From Gammaproteobacteria bacterium (lineage in GTDB: Bacteria > Pseudomonadota > Gammaproteobacteria > JAHELT01), in assembly GCA_029861595.1 (NCBI GenBank), contig JAOTYY010000002.1:1-46302 (forward strand): DNA of 46,302 nt. Direction: 5' to 3'. Shown here piece after piece: positions 1 through 8,236 of this stretch. The first letter of the stretch is position 1; every line of letters starts with the position of its first letter. Below the pieces are notes generated by a model, which saw nothing but the letters and a program-made list of their open reading frames with translations, was not told the DNA's origin and did no database searches. The translations under genes and the position numbers were made by a program.

Positions 1-41
1 AGAATTTCTTAATAATATTTGTTGCGCCTGGAGGCCAATCG

Positions 42-716
42 ATGAATATCCGTGCGTATTGCAAGCAGTTCGGTGTAGCGACGCTAGTGCTAGGGCTGGC
101 AGCGGGTTGTGCACAACAACAAGCTACCGTAAGCGAAGCGCCGCCGCCTGAAGACGAATGTCAGATGAGCGCTGCGGCCCGCAACGCGATCGATGCCGCA
201 AAAGCCGCCGCTGCGGAGGCGCAGGCCGTCGCCTATGCCTGGCGCGATACGGAAAAGCTGATCAAGCAGGCGGAAGCGGCCGCGAAAGAGCCCGATTGCG
301 ACAACGACAAGGCGATAGCGCTCGCCAACCAGGCGCGGCGGCAGGCGGAGAACGCCCTGCGTCAGTACCAGGCCGAGAACGCCAAGTTCATGCCTTCGGC
401 CCCGCCCGCCCCGATGGCGGCGGCACCGATGGAAGAAAAGGTTGGCCGCTATGAAGTCGAGTCCGGCGATTCGCTGTGGGCCATCTCCGGCATGGATTTC
501 GTCTATGGCGATCCCTACCGGTGGCCGCTGATCTTTCGCGAAAATACCGCCATCATCGAAGACGCGGACCTGATCTTCCCGGGGCAGTGGCTGGAGTTCC
601 GGCATAGTCCCAGTCAGTCGGAAGTGGATACGGCAGTCAATCACGCACGTAACCGCGGCGCCTGGGCACTGGGTGCGGTCGAAGCCAGCGATCTGGAGTA
701 TCTCTCAAACAACTAG
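42..716 (+). CDS. LysM-domain lipoprotein with Ala-rich helical N-terminal domain (SoxK/SoxAX-binding-protein-like)
   Basis: GGAGG RBS upstream; lipobox LAAGC; C-terminal LysM signature YEVESGDSLWAIS...ADLIFPGQWL; N-terminal WRDTEKLIKQAEAAA segment. Confidence 0.85.
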   Translation: MNIRAYCKQFGVATLVLGLAAGCAQQQATVSEAPPPEDECQMSAAARNAIDAAKAAAAEAQAVAYAWRDTEKLIKQAEAAAKEPDCDNDKAIALANQARRQAENALRQYQAENAKFMPSAPPAPMAAAPMEEKVGRYEVESGDSLWAISGMDFVYGDPYRWPLIFRENTAIIEDADLIFPGQWLEFRHSPSQSEVDTAVNHARNRGAWALGAVEASDLEYLSNN

Positions 717-755
717 CGGATCGTGAGGCGCGCCGTGGCGCGTCGATGTCACACC

Positions 756-780
756 AAAGAGGCCCCCAGGGGGCCTCTTT
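756..780. terminator. Rho-independent terminator hairpin, probably bidirectional
   Basis: AAAGAGGCCCC-CAG-GGGGCCTCTTT perfect stem 40 nt after the LysM gene stop. Confidence 0.75.
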
Positions 781-969
781 GCGTTGCTACCGGCGGTAAC
801 GCTGGACGGCTTGTCCGAGATCAACTTGCCGCGCCCCGGCAGAGGCGAGAAATCCGCCCGAAGTCCCTGCGGACGACTCTCGAATTGGTCAACCTCGCTC
901 TCGAGCGCGGGTATTCGTCGGCGCCTCGGCCGGCATCGAGATTCCGTGATACCGGTCCCGGTAAGCACG

Positions 970-1260
970 ATGGTTAAACGTGACAATGGCGCGCGCTGTG
1001 TACTTTGCGTGGTGCGTGGACGCGTTCAAGGCGTGGCTTTTCGTGCCGCCACCCTGGCGATGGCACAAGGGTTGCACATTACCGGCTGGGTGAGAAACCG
1101 CCGTGACGGTGCGGTGGAAACGCTGGCCTGCGGCGATGCCGCGGCGCTGCACTCTTTTCAGCAATGGTTGCATCAGGGTCCGAGGTACGCCATCGTGAGC
1201 GAGGTGAACTGTACGTCGCAGCCCTGGGTAGATTTCTCGGAGTTTCGTATCAAAGTATGA
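970..1260 (+). CDS. acyP: Acylphosphatase
   Basis: VRGRVQGVAFR and GWVRNRRDGAVE signatures; ATG at 970 chosen inside ORF 784..1260; stop overlaps the next ATG (ATGA). Confidence 0.9.
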   Translation: MVKRDNGARCVLCVVRGRVQGVAFRAATLAMAQGLHITGWVRNRRDGAVETLACGDAAALHSFQQWLHQGPRYAIVSEVNCTSQPWVDFSEFRIKV

Positions 1261-3041
1261 ATCCGGTTCTGGCAGATACCAAGTTCGAAGGCCGCCTGCC
1301 GGTCGGCGAGATTGTCGACGACCTCGTCAATGAAGGTCTGTTGGAGGCCGATGACGCACGCCTCACGAAAGCCGTGGCGAAGGGCGCCGAACACCGCGAC
1401 AAGCATGCCCTGATGTTTATTGCCGAGCGCAGTATTGCCGGCAATTCGGAGCAGACACTGACCGTGGATTTTCTCACTCAGTGGTATGCCGACAAATCGG
1501 GGTTGCCTTATCACCGTATCGATCCGTTAAAAGTCGATGTGCCGTCTGTGACCGCGGTCGTGTCTTACGCGTACGCTGCGCGTTTCCACATTTTGCCGAT
1601 CGATGTGACAGAGAAGGCGGTGACGTTCGCGGTTGCGGAACCGTACGTACGCGAGTGGGAGCAGGAGCTAGAAACCATACTGCGCAAGGAAATCGTGCGG
1701 GTTTTCGCCAGCCCCGACCAGATTCAGCGTTACCTCACCGAATTCTATTCGCTGTCACGCTCGGTGCGCAGTGCCAGCGAGGATGATGCCAACGCGGCGC
1801 CATCCGGTGTCCAGAACCTCGAACAGTTGGTGGAACTGGGTCGTGCCGGCCGGCTGGACGCCAACGATCAGCACGTCGTCAACATTGTCGACTGGTTGCT
1901 GCAGTACGCCTTTGACCAACGCGCCAGCGATATCCATCTGGAACCGCGGCGCGAACACGGTTCGGTGCGCTTCCGCATCGACGGGGTGCTGCACAACGTC
2001 TACGAGATCCCCGCGGCGGTGATGGCGGCGGTAACCAGCCGCATCAAGATCGTCGGGCGCATGGATGTCGCGGAAAAACGCCGCCCGCAGGACGGCCGGT
2101 TGAAAACGCGTGATCAGGAGGGGCGTGAAGTCGAACTGCGACTGTCTACCATGCCGACTGCGTTCGGCGAAAAACTGGTGATGCGAATTTTCAACCCGGA
2201 CGTGCTCGTCAAGACTGCTACGCAACTCGGATTCAGCCGTGCCGAGAACGACGTCTGGCAGGAACTGATCGACAACCCTCACGGTATCGTGCTGGTAACC
2301 GGGCCCACCGGCTCAGGCAAGACGACGACGTTGTATTCGACGTTGAAGCAGATCGCCGTGCCGGAAATCAACGTCTCCACGATCGAAGATCCGATCGAAC
2401 TGGTGATGAGCGAATTCAACCAGATGCAGGTCCAGCCCAACATCGGCCTGGACTTCGCATCCGGGGTGCGCACCCTGCTGCGCCAGGATCCCGACGTGGT
2501 GATGGTGGGCGAGATTCGGGACCTGGAAACCGCGGAGATGGCGACCCAGGCGGCGCTGACCGGGCATCTGGTGCTGTCCACGTTGCATACCAACGATGCG
2601 CCCTCGGCAATCACGCGCCTGCTGGAACTGGGCGTGCCGTCTTACCTGATCAACGCCACGCTGCTTGGCGTTGTCGCGCAGCGGCTCTCGCGCACGCTGT
2701 GTCCGCATTGCCGTGAGCCGACCGCGCTGGATGCGAACGTCTGGCGGGATCTGGTGCGTCCCTGGTCCTCCAAGGCGCCAGCCCAGATAAACAAGGCGGA
2801 CGGGTGCCTCGAATGCCGTAACACCGGCTACATGGGACGCACGGGAATTTACGAGATCTTCAAGGTCTCACCGTTGATCCGTGGCCTTATATCGGAATCT
2901 TCGGACATCGCGGACATTCGCCGCGCGGCGGTGCAGGAAGGCATGAAACCCCTGCGCCTGAGCGGGGCACAGAAAGTAGCCGCCGGCCAGACCAGCGTGG
3001 AAGAGGTGTTTCGCGTCACACCGCCGCCCTCGGGGGCGTAG
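1257..3041 (+). CDS. GspE/PulE/PilB-family secretion/pilus ATPase
   Basis: ASDIHLEP, Walker A GPTGSGKT, LRQDPDVVMVGEIRD, TGHLVLSTLHTN, tetracysteine CPHC...CLEC; ATG at 1257 coupled to the acyP stop. Confidence 0.92.
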   Translation: MNPVLADTKFEGRLPVGEIVDDLVNEGLLEADDARLTKAVAKGAEHRDKHALMFIAERSIAGNSEQTLTVDFLTQWYADKSGLPYHRIDPLKVDVPSVTAVVSYAYAARFHILPIDVTEKAVTFAVAEPYVREWEQELETILRKEIVRVFASPDQIQRYLTEFYSLSRSVRSASEDDANAAPSGVQNLEQLVELGRAGRLDANDQHVVNIVDWLLQYAFDQRASDIHLEPRREHGSVRFRIDGVLHNVYEIPAAVMAAVTSRIKIVGRMDVAEKRRPQDGRLKTRDQEGREVELRLSTMPTAFGEKLVMRIFNPDVLVKTATQLGFSRAENDVWQELIDNPHGIVLVTGPTGSGKTTTLYSTLKQIAVPEINVSTIEDPIELVMSEFNQMQVQPNIGLDFASGVRTLLRQDPDVVMVGEIRDLETAEMATQAALTGHLVLSTLHTNDAPSAITRLLELGVPSYLINATLLGVVAQRLSRTLCPHCREPTALDANVWRDLVRPWSSKAPAQINKADGCLECRNTGYMGRTGIYEIFKVSPLIRGLISESSDIADIRRAAVQEGMKPLRLSGAQKVAAGQTSVEEVFRVTPPPSGA

Positions 3042-3042
3042 T

Positions 3043-3380
3043 TCACCAGCGGCAGATGTTGCGCGAGAATTCCGCCGTGGCGGTTCCTTTCAATGAAATA
3101 CGTCCTGTACAATTGTGACCGAGCGCCGTGTCAGTAGTTCCCTGGCCAACAGGCAGCTTGTCATCCGTCAGGGCCGTCGACGCAACAGTCCTGTAGACGA
3201 CATTTTTTGCCTTCCTCATAGCCCCAAAAGCCCAGGTGTGCGGGCCAGCCGTATGCAGGTCCCAGTCGATAGTGCCCGTTAGAAAGCCTACGCGGTGTTG
3301 TTTGTCGGTTGCCGGTGCGGGCAGCGCGATCGACGCGATCAGAAGCACAGCATTGTTGATGCGTTAACTTTGGTGATCAT
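3043..3380 (-). pseudogene. Small hypothetical exported protein, probably frameshifted or degraded
   Basis: Purine-rich RBS (AAGGGAAAGGTG) before ATG 3380 gives only 13 aa; a hydrophobic signal-like stretch (NAVLLIASIALPAPA) continues in another frame as ORF 3043..3348. Confidence 0.3.
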
Positions 3381-3454
3381 GGCGACACCTTTCCCTTTAC
3401 GGTGTGTTGCTGATTCTTGCAGGGTGCGCGAGCGGGGGAAATAGGACTGAGGTG

Positions 3455-3706
3455 CTAGCCCGCATGTCGCACGAAGGCGGCCAGAAATTGTCGAGTTCCC
3501 AAGCTGATTCAAGACGACAGGTGCGAAGTTACCCCCGGCGGCGAAGTTACACGCCGTGCCTGTTCACTTTCAGGAAAAATCTGGCGTCGGATATCGAACG
3601 ATCCCCCTTGAACCATAGCTACGGCTGTGCTTGTGTACGCGATCGTCCGATCTCCTTAGCCTGATTTTCCCTGAGAAGCGAACCCTTCGCGCGACATGCA
3701 GGCTAG
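3455..3706. mobile_element. MITE-like non-autonomous element (244 bp, 19-bp TIRs, flanked by CTAG)
   Basis: Left CTAG-CCCGCATGTCGCACGAAGG (3455-3477); right CCTTCGCGCGACATGCAGG-CTAG (3684-3706); 17/19 inverted match; same terminus recurs at 46185. Confidence 0.7.
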
Positions 3707-3742
3707 CCCTAAAGGTCAGTGACAACGGTTTAGGGGCGGTGC

Positions 3743-3881
3743 CTAGACCCTGACAGGCGGCGGCCCCTCACCCCCGGCCCCTCCCAGGGGGAGAGGGGGA
3801 AAGAGCCTCACTCCGAGGGTCCCTCTCCCGAGTAGACCTTTGCGTAATTCGCTATTCCCTCTCCCCTCCAGGGAGAGGGGA
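3743..3881. repeat. boxC-like (CCCTCAC..CCCTCTCCC..GGGAGAGGG) palindromic repeat cluster 1
   Basis: Units at about 3764-3799, 3806-3830 and 3856-3881; homologous to clusters at 12.7 kb and 21.2 kb. Confidence 0.8.
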
Positions 3882-3895
3882 GTACGGGCAGGACA

Positions 3896-4492
3896 TTAGC
3901 GGCTTGAGGTGAACTCCGCCCGTGCGGCTTGTTTCAGCCGGCGCTTCGCCTGCACTTCAGCCAGCGGATGCCACTGGTACTTGGTGTCTTCGCTGATTCG
4001 GGACCAGAATAGGCGGCCGGAATTGCGCCAGGGATCCAACACGATGCCGGTTTCCATGGATTCGCCGCGCACTGTGATGATGGCCGTGCTGTGTTCGATG
4101 AGGAAGGCGGCTTCGGAATTGGCCACGCCCCAGTGTGTTTTCAATGTGCTCAGGCGCAGCTCGCGCAACCGCACCAGCAGATCCCGGGTCCAGTCAACGC
4201 ATAACCCGCGTGGTTTGATGCCCAGATTGACTAAAGTGTTGTGCCACAGCGGTGGGGTAGTCAGCTCATATTGTTCGGCCAGTTTGAGCGGGTAGCGCAC
4301 CGCGACTTCGGCGGCTTGAAGCGCTTCGGCGGGATCGACCCGGTCTCCCAACGCGGTGATTGCCGCGCTTAACTCTGCAATTTTTTGTTCGTTTCCATAA
4401 GCATGCGCGGGCGCTGCAAATTGCTGCGCATCGCGCATTCCGGTGCACCCTGCCAGCAGCACGATCAGCATCGGTAAAAGGAGTCTGATCAT
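3896..4492 (-). CDS. Hypothetical lipoprotein, possible transglutaminase/papain-like Cys-His-Asp fold
   Basis: MIRLLLPMLIVLLAGC lipobox; GLC..W, EH and LDPW motifs; ATG lies directly after the proS stop. Confidence 0.75.
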   Translation of the reverse strand: MIRLLLPMLIVLLAGCTGMRDAQQFAAPAHAYGNEQKIAELSAAITALGDRVDPAEALQAAEVAVRYPLKLAEQYELTTPPLWHNTLVNLGIKPRGLCVDWTRDLLVRLRELRLSTLKTHWGVANSEAAFLIEHSTAIITVRGESMETGIVLDPWRNSGRLFWSRISEDTKYQWHPLAEVQAKRRLKQAARAEFTSSR

Positions 4493-4493
4493 G

Positions 4494-6200
4494 TCATTGT
4501 GCAATGCGTTCGCGAAGCGAAGACGCGAGTTCCGCCAATGGAATATCCTCGGTGGCGTCGCCGCCGCGTGCCTTGTATTCCACCGTGCCGGCGTCCAGGC
4601 CTTTTTCGCCGAGCACCAGGCGATGTGGAATGCCGATCAGATCCATCTCGGCAAACATCACCCCGGGACGCAGCGGCCGGTCGTCCAGCAACACCTCGTA
4701 ACCATCGTTCATGAGACTCTCGTACAGCGCCTCGACGGCTTCGCGCACGCGCTGCGACTTGCGCATATTGATCGGCACCAGGGCGATTTGAAACGGCGCG
4801 ATAGGGTCCGGCCAGATAATCCCGTGCTCGTCGTGATTCTGCTCGATAGCGGCTGCGACGATGCGCGTGACACCGATTCCGTAACAACCCATCTGCATCA
4901 TCACCGGCTTGCCGTCTTCATCTAGGACACTCGCCTGCATGCTCTGGCTGTATTTGTCGCCGAGCTGAAAGATGTGACCGACCTCGATGCCGCGCGCAAT
5001 TTGCAAGGTGCCTTTACCGTCGGGGCTCGGGTCACCGGCCGCGGTGTTGCGGATATCCGCGACCTGCGGCTCCTCCAGATCGCGTCCCCAGTTGACGCCC
5101 GTGTAGTGGTAGCCGTCGCGATTGGCACCGCACACCGCGTCGGCTACCTCGGCGGCTGCGTAATCGGCAATCACCGGGATCTGCAACCCGACCGGGCCAA
5201 CGGAACCGGGACTTGCACCGGTGGCGGCGCGGATCGCCGCCTCGTCAGCCATACGCAAGGGACTTGCAACCTCGGCCAGTCGCTCCGCCTTGATCGGATT
5301 CAGTTCGTGGTCGCCGCGCAGCACCAGGGCAACTACAGGCTCCTCGCTGCCCTGCACCAGCAACGTCTTCAGGCATGATTCGGCACTTACGTCCAGGAAC
5401 TCGGTCAGTGCCTTGATGGTGTGCTGCTCCGGTGTCGCGACCTCGTTCAGCTGCCGGCTGGCCGCGGGCCGTACCTGCCCGGGGCCGGTTGGCGAGCGTT
5501 CGACATTGGCCGCGTAATCGCTTTCGCTGGAGAACGCAATGGCATCCTCGCCGCTGTCCGCCAGCACGTGGAATTCGTGCGAGGTGCTGCCACCGATCGC
5601 ACCGGAATCCGCTTCCACCGCGCGATAGTGCAGTCCCAGGCGAGTGAAGATGCGGCTGTACGCCTCGTACATTACCTCGTAAGTCTGCTGCAGCGACGCT
5701 GCGCTGGCGTGGAACGAATAGGCGTCTTTCATGACGAATTCGCGCGCGCGCATGACGCCGAAGCGTGGGCGGATCTCGTCGCGGAACTTGGTCTGGATCT
5801 GGTAGTAGTTGACCGGCAACTGCCGGTAGCTCTTGAGGTCGCGGCGGGCGATGTCGGTAATTACTTCCTCGTGCGTCGGGCCGAAGCAGAAATCGCGCTC
5901 ATGCCGGTCGCGAAACCGCAGCAACTCCGGACCGAAGTGGTCCCAGCGTCCCGACTCCTGCCACAGTTCCGCCGGCTGTACCGCGGGCATGATCATCTCG
6001 AGCGCGCCGGCGCGGTCCATCTCCTCGCGTACCACTCGCTCGACTTTCCGTACCACGCGATAACCGAGCGGTAACCAGGAATACAATCCGGAAGCCAGAC
6101 GGTGAATCATGCCGGCGCGAATCATCAACTGGTGACTGACGATTTCCGCGTCCGCGGGCGTTTCCTTCAGGGTGATCAGGTGGAAGGCTTGAGCGCGCAT
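4494..6200 (-). CDS. proS: Prolyl-tRNA synthetase (bacterial type with INS editing domain)
   Basis: [61 protein letters not shown]. Confidence 0.98.
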   Translation of the reverse strand: MRAQAFHLITLKETPADAEIVSHQLMIRAGMIHRLASGLYSWLPLGYRVVRKVERVVREEMDRAGALEMIMPAVQPAELWQESGRWDHFGPELLRFRDRHERDFCFGPTHEEVITDIARRDLKSYRQLPVNYYQIQTKFRDEIRPRFGVMRAREFVMKDAYSFHASAASLQQTYEVMYEAYSRIFTRLGLHYRAVEADSGAIGGSTSHEFHVLADSGEDAIAFSSESDYAANVERSPTGPGQVRPAASRQLNEVATPEQHTIKALTEFLDVSAESCLKTLLVQGSEEPVVALVLRGDHELNPIKAERLAEVASPLRMADEAAIRAATGASPGSVGPVGLQIPVIADYAAAEVADAVCGANRDGYHYTGVNWGRDLEEPQVADIRNTAAGDPSPDGKGTLQIARGIEVGHIFQLGDKYSQSMQASVLDEDGKPVMMQMGCYGIGVTRIVAAAIEQNHDEHGIIWPDPIAPFQIALVPINMRKSQRVREAVEALYESLMNDGYEVLLDDRPLRPGVMFAEMDLIGIPHRLVLGEKGLDAGTVEYKARGGDATEDIPLAELASSLRERIAQ

Positions 6201-6269
6201 GCCGGGTCTTTACTAGCGAGTGAGAGTGGGATGTTACACCAGGTGGGCGGGCCGTGGTGCGGACAGCTG

Positions 6270-6734
6270 CTAGATGTCTGAGCAATGTTCCTGCAACTGC
6301 TGCTTGGCAAGCGCGATCCTTTCCTGGCGGCGTTCTTCGGTCATGCGTATGCGTGTGCCGTCTTCGCTTTCTTCCATCAGACGCGGATTGTTGCTCACCA
6401 CCGCGAGCTGCTCGCGAATGCGCTTGCAGTCCGCGGCGAGCTGTTCGCGATCCGCGCGTTGCGCCTCGGTTTCCTGTTCTGACCGCAACTCTTCTTCCTG
6501 CCGCTTGTTTAAAGCCTCAAGACGGTCCTGCAGGTCTCGGAGTTGCTCGGCAGGCGGGGCGCTGGGCGCCGCAGGCACGTTGACTTCCGTGGCACTGCCC
6601 TTGGGCGGCGGTTGCTGGGTGTACTGGGTGATACCGTTCTCGTCCACCCATTTGTAGATTTTCGCCTGCGCGATGCCGCTCGTTACCGCAAATAGCACAG
6701 CCAGGACGAGCGATCCGATCAGGTTCATACGCAT
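6270..6734 (-). CDS. DUF4124-domain exported protein
   Basis: Signal peptide followed by KIYKWVDENGITQYTQQPP, a coiled coil and two Cys; start at 6734 or 6728. Confidence 0.85.
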   Translation of the reverse strand: MRMNLIGSLVLAVLFAVTSGIAQAKIYKWVDENGITQYTQQPPPKGSATEVNVPAAPSAPPAEQLRDLQDRLEALNKRQEEELRSEQETEAQRADREQLAADCKRIREQLAVVSNNPRLMEESEDGTRIRMTEERRQERIALAKQQLQEHCSDI

Positions 6735-6893
6735 AGTAAAACCGATATTAGGCGATAAATTGTCATGCAAGCGCGAACCGTATAGCAAAAACGGGCGATA
6801 AAAAAGAGGTGAACCGGGAATCATCCGGAATGCCGGCCTGATGATGCCTACAGCGCGATAGGGTACGGGCACCGGCCTCCAGAGCGGTGACGC

Positions 6894-8096
6894 TCAATGC
6901 ATGGTCGCGGTCGTCTGATCCGCCCATTGCAGCGCTTCGAGGTACAGCTGCGAAACACGGTCGGACGACATAGTGCGAAAATGAGCACCGCTGGGTGCAC
7001 CCAACTCCAGTTCCTGGGCGCATAAAAGCGCTTCGCCGCGCTCGCCCGTGTGCTGCAACAGCGCTTTTTCCATCTCGTCGGAAAACGGCAGCGAATCGAG
7101 CAGCGACTCGGTAGTCACGCCCATCATCGCATCGACCAGCGAGAACATGCCGACCGTGAAAAATGAGTCTTTGCCGTCGAGATGGCATTCGCTGGCCAGA
7201 CTCTCGCACAGCTTGGCGCGGACGAACGCCGTAGTCACCAGCTCCGGGATGACGTCGTCGAGATTGGCGATCGTCAATAACATCACCCAGTTCTTGATGA
7301 TGTTCCGGCCGAGGAAGACCACCGCCTGGTGAATCGAATCGACTTCTCTGACCAGACCGCTGAGCGGTGAGTTCACGAAGCGCAGCACGCGCAGACTGAG
7401 CGATGCGTCCAGACTGATGAGCTTTTCCAGCTCTTCGATGTCGGTCGCGGGATCGCTGATTTTTGCGAGTAACTGCAGAATCGCCATCTTGTTGGTCGGC
7501 AGGCGTTTGGCGCTCATCACTTTCGCGCTTGCCAGATAGTGACCCTGGAAGTAGTCACAGCCGAATTCCTCCAGCTGCAAGCGCTGCTCGGTCGTCTCCA
7601 CCCGTTTCGCCATCACCATCACGTCCTGTCCGGCGAGTTTGTCCAGTTCGGCACGCAGCGTGGCCTCGTCAAGTGCGTGGGCATCAAGCTTTACGATGTC
7701 GGTGAAAGGATAGAGCGGTGCGTGGGGCGCGGCGCTGTGGTAACCGTCCAGTGCAATGGTGTAACCCAGGACCTTGAGCCGGCTTACCGCGGCGCGGATT
7801 TCATCGTCGGCGCCGGCCTCCTCGGGGATTTCCAGGACCACCTGCTCCGGCGGAAAACACATCAACTCGGGCGTCAGCAGGAACTGGCGGGTCATGTTAA
7901 TGAACGCGAGCCGATGCCCGACAATGTTTTCCAGGCCAATCTCGACGAACGCGTTCATGATCACCTGCGATGTGGCCACGTCGAGATCGATGTCGCCGGC
8001 GCTGTCTGTCTCGTGGCTGCGGTACAACAGCTCGTAGGCATAAACCTCGTCTTTGCGATTGAAAATTGGTTGTCGTCCGATAAAACAATCAGCCAC
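6894..8096 (-). CDS. EAL-HDOD domain signalling protein (YuxH/PdeH-like, degenerate EAL)
   Basis: RQPIFN...AYELLYR, DYFQG, then HDOD DASLSLRVLRFVNS...SIHQAVVFLG, FTVGMFS. Confidence 0.88.
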   Translation of the reverse strand: MADCFIGRQPIFNRKDEVYAYELLYRSHETDSAGDIDLDVATSQVIMNAFVEIGLENIVGHRLAFINMTRQFLLTPELMCFPPEQVVLEIPEEAGADDEIRAAVSRLKVLGYTIALDGYHSAAPHAPLYPFTDIVKLDAHALDEATLRAELDKLAGQDVMVMAKRVETTEQRLQLEEFGCDYFQGHYLASAKVMSAKRLPTNKMAILQLLAKISDPATDIEELEKLISLDASLSLRVLRFVNSPLSGLVREVDSIHQAVVFLGRNIIKNWVMLLTIANLDDVIPELVTTAFVRAKLCESLASECHLDGKDSFFTVGMFSLVDAMMGVTTESLLDSLPFSDEMEKALLQHTGERGEALLCAQELELGAPSGAHFRTMSSDRVSQLYLEALQWADQTTATMH

Positions 8097-8236
8097 GGCG
8101 AGTCTCCAGCACAGTTACGGTGATATCCGTTAATCGGCATGGAGGTGTGCTCCTTTAGACTGTTTTGCGCTATAAGAATTGTTTATGTCCAGGCATCGAA
8201 CTGGTACCATTTTCGAATCGTATCCGGATCAAACAT

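Noticed and set aside
784-969. N-terminal extensions of the longest ORFs (acyP here; also DAHP synthase, phosphatase, MBL hydrolases, ypjD, trmD, rplS, cytochrome c)
   Set aside because: Extensions are low-complexity or overlap neighbouring genes; family homology and RBS positions point to downstream starts
3600-3611. 12-mer GATCCCCCTTGA shared (inverted) with 25607-25618
   Set aside because: Too short and does not extend; compatible with chance or SD-like composition
3595-3640. CCCCTTGAACCA resembles the conserved 3' part of 6S RNA (CCTTGAACC..GGTTCAAG)
   Set aside because: The complementary GGTTCAAG is absent, there is no zapA/ygfA context, and the segment lies inside a TIR-bounded element
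3404-3664. 86-aa ORF starting LLILAGC (lipobox-like)
   Set aside because: No basic N-region or RBS, and it runs through the MITE; most likely chance
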